From the NCBI GenBank assembly GCA_942492865.1, contig OW818650.1:23892-87891 (forward strand): DNA of 64,000 nucleotides. Direction: 5' to 3'. Both the position numbers and the translations under genes were made by a program. The DNA comes from an uncultured Bacteroidales bacterium (GTDB lineage: Bacteria > Bacteroidota > Bacteroidia > Bacteroidales > VadinHA17). The number at the start of each line of letters is the position of its first letter. Position 1 is the stretch's first letter. Below, piece after piece: positions 61,310-64,000 of the stretch. The notes beneath the pieces were generated by a model. The model ran no database searches, was not told the origin of the DNA, and saw only the letters and a program-made list of their open reading frames with translations.

Positions 61310-61334
61310 TGCCCGGATCATCTGGCGAAAATTC

Positions 61335-62594
61335 TCACACCAGATTTCTCAGCATATATTCAAATACCTCACGCCTTTCAAGCATTTCTTCACTTCCGCT
61401 AAGTGATGAAATATGCCAGGAGCTTACAAAGACGCCTCCTGCCCTCCTGGTTTCGCTGATCAGCTTCGAAATAAATTTCATGATCTGATCTGCCGGATAT
61501 TTTTGAAATGACCTGTCTGAATATTGAAAAGGTATAATTTTCAAGCCTGTGACTTCATCTGTCATTACATCGTAAAAATAAAAAGGGCGGGCAGTGCCTG
61601 CCCTGAAACCCGGTTCATCGGGATATCCCATTGAATACTCATTTGTAATTCCGGCTTTTATCAGATTACGGTGCGAATGAGGAACATCGAGGTTCACTAA
61701 ATGGGTAAGACTTGAGCGTACATCACCTGTCAATATTTTCTCAAGCCTTGAAATCTCAGCGGTCATCAGTGAATAACCCGAAGATGCCCTGAAGGAGACG
61801 TGCAGGCCCGTCTCATATTTTTCTGCAATGCGGCGTATCAGGCTCCGGTACCTTTCATTTTTCCAGGAAGGGTTATGGTCATATTTTGAGTTATTCCCAA
61901 CGGGAAAAAAGAATTTTGCATCCAGTCCAGCTTTTTTAATTGTCTGAAGAATATATTCAAAAAAGTCCGGATGATCCCTGTCGCCGTTTGATGCCGGTTC
62001 TTTTTTCCTGAAATCAAGCAATCCTCCCATGAAACCTTTCTCCTGTGATTCAAACGGATGATCTGCATCAACCGCAAGCAGGGAACTGTATTCGCTTCCC
62101 TTAAAGGTAAGCATCTGGAACTTTTTCAGCAAAGATCTGGATAATTCTTTGACCCACAGATCAATAACAGGAATCTGCAAAAAGCCATTCTTAAAAGCAA
62201 CAGACGATGAAGCCTGGAACCTTCCTAATTCATCCGGCACAAAATCGAGGTACTCCTCATAGCGTGTGACAAGAAAAAAAGAGGCCGCAAAAATATCGAA
62301 CGGAAGATCGGATGGTGAGTCGTCTGAAAAAAATACAGGCAGGCCGTTCCAGGTGCTCACTTTTATCTCCTGCTCGTTTATTTCTTTTTCAAAAAGAAGA
62401 GGGACCTGGCTTATCTTAAATGAATTACGAATGTTCTCTGCTGAATAATTTATTACGGGATTCTTTCCGATCTTACGTTTGTCGGTTACAATCTTCCACC
62501 TCAGTCCGAGCATATCTCCAATGATGAGTCCTGCTATGTATCTTAGCCTTGGAACATCATAATTGCTGTATATTATTACCTGTAAAGTGGCCAT
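61335..62594 (-). CDS. Conserved hypothetical protein
   Basis: 419-aa ORF with core-like composition. No motif recognised. Confidence 0.5.
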   Translation of the reverse strand: MATLQVIIYSNYDVPRLRYIAGLIIGDMLGLRWKIVTDKRKIGKNPVINYSAENIRNSFKISQVPLLFEKEINEQEIKVSTWNGLPVFFSDDSPSDLPFDIFAASFFLVTRYEEYLDFVPDELGRFQASSSVAFKNGFLQIPVIDLWVKELSRSLLKKFQMLTFKGSEYSSLLAVDADHPFESQEKGFMGGLLDFRKKEPASNGDRDHPDFFEYILQTIKKAGLDAKFFFPVGNNSKYDHNPSWKNERYRSLIRRIAEKYETGLHVSFRASSGYSLMTAEISRLEKILTGDVRSSLTHLVNLDVPHSHRNLIKAGITNEYSMGYPDEPGFRAGTARPFYFYDVMTDEVTGLKIIPFQYSDRSFQKYPADQIMKFISKLISETRRAGGVFVSSWHISSLSGSEEMLERREVFEYMLRNLV

Positions 62595-62704
62595 TCATAC
62601 AAATTTATGAATTTTTAAGTTACCTTTGTCGCCTTATTTAATAAAGTGATTTTCAACAGGGCTTCATTATCTTTAGCTCTAAGAATCACACCACAAAACA
62701 TATA

Positions 62705-64000
62705 AATGACAAAATTCGAAGAACTGGGATTTACTCCCGGAATCCTTAAAGCCATACAGGAGCTGGGATTTGAGGAACCAATGCCTGTACAGGAAAAAGT
62801 TATTCCATTGATGCTTGGGGAAGAAGGCGACATTATCGCCCTCGCTCAGACAGGAACAGGAAAAACAGCTGCCTTCGGGCTGCCCCTGGTACAGATGACC
62901 GACACTGATATTAATGCCCCGCAGGCGCTAATACTCTGTCCCACGCGCGAGCTCTGCATGCAGATAACAGGCGATCTGAACGATTACGCACGGTTCACTG
63001 GCAAGCTGAAAATACTCGCAGTTTACGGCGGAGCGAGCATCGACAATCAGATAAGGGAACTGAAAAAAGGTGTCCATATAATTGTTGCCACGCCGGGGAG
63101 GCTCATAGACCTGATCGGAAGAAAGGCGGCAAAATTATCAGCAGTGCATACCGTAATTCTCGATGAAGCCGATGAGATGCTTAACATGGGATTTTTAGAC
63201 AGTATTAATGAGATCCTGGAAGAAGTTCCGGACGGAAGAAGGACATTATTATTCTCAGCCACAATGTCGGCTGAAATATCAGGGATCGCCAGAAAGTACA
63301 TGGATAACCCCAGGGAGATTACAATCGGGGTAAAAAACGCTTCTGCCGAAAACGTTACACATGGATACTATCTTGTAAATGCAAGGGATAAATATAAGGT
63401 CCTGAAAAGAATCGCTGATTCAGAGCCTGACATTTACGGTATCGTATTCTGCCGTACAAGAATAGAAACCCAGGAAATTGCTACAAAACTTATTAATGAC
63501 GGTTATAATGCCGATGCCCTTCATGGAGATCTTTCACAGGCTCAGCGTGATGTGGTGATGCAGAAATTCAGGGTCAGGAACCTTCAGCTCCTGGTTGCAA
63601 CCGACGTTGCTGCCCGTGGTCTTGATGTCGATGACCTGACTCATGTGATACATTACAGCCTTCCCGACGATACTGAGGTATATACCCATCGGTCAGGAAG
63701 AACTGGCAGAGCAGGTAAAAAGGGAATATCCATTTCACTTGTACATACACGGGAGAAATATAACCTGAAGCAGGTTGAAAAGCTAATTAAGAAGCCAATA
63801 AAGATTATCACTATTCCTACAGGTAATGAAATATGCGGCAAGCAACTGTTCCACTATGTAAAGAAACTCGAAACAGTTGTAACTGAACACCAGGAGATAG
63901 AAAAATTCCTTCCCGAAATAAAAAAGAAACTGGAAGGACTAGACAGGGAGGAATTAATCAGAAGAGTTATTTCACTTCAGTTCGGGAAATTCCTCGACGA
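62705..64000 (+). CDS. DEAD-box ATP-dependent RNA helicase (3' end beyond window)
   Basis: Own translation from the ATG at 62705: MTKFEELGF...AQTGTGKTAAF...PTRELC...LDEADEM...SAT...HRSGRTGRAG. Open for all 432 codons to the window edge. Confidence 0.9.

Overview
The window looks like a Bacteroidota chromosome: a 286-aa primary sigma factor, a T9SS C-terminal sorting domain, lipoprotein-rich cargo and AT-rich coding sequence. It has two very different halves.

Positions 31-64 kb are ordinary core genome (trxB, uvrB, rpoD, htrA, dapF, rlmN, dacB, gyrB, ftsE, a DEAD-box helicase and others).

Positions 1-26.5 kb form an accessory array. All ORFs lie on the minus strand. They are separated by 12 co-oriented copies (five sequence types, 270-400 bp) of a GC-rich element with nested inverted repeats. 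Each copy starts YTAAC-GGCCCGG and ends GTCCGTG-TTAR.

The 9-17 bp outside each element are specific to the cassette. The right flank of one element is the reverse complement of the left flank of the next element. This is the pattern left by integron-type cassette recombination at RYYYAAC/GTTRRRY cores, but the sites here are 3-6 times longer than known attC sites. I interpret this as a candidate integron-like cassette system with giant structured recombination sites.

- **Cargo:** a RelE/ParE toxin-antitoxin pair, a sce7726/sce7725/RES three-gene module, a NERD protein, a TlpA-like oxidoreductase, outer-membrane beta-barrels, and three empty cassettes.
- **Recombinase:** a long tyrosine recombinase lies at the tRNA-Pro-proximal end of the array.
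- **Group II introns:** two head-to-tail copies, one frameshifted, sit 8 nt from one cassette boundary.
- **tRNA-Pro islet:** a 39-bp direct repeat of the tRNA-Pro 3' half brackets a 3.9-kb segment. That segment encodes a T9SS-sorted protein with six near-identical 225-bp tandem repeats.
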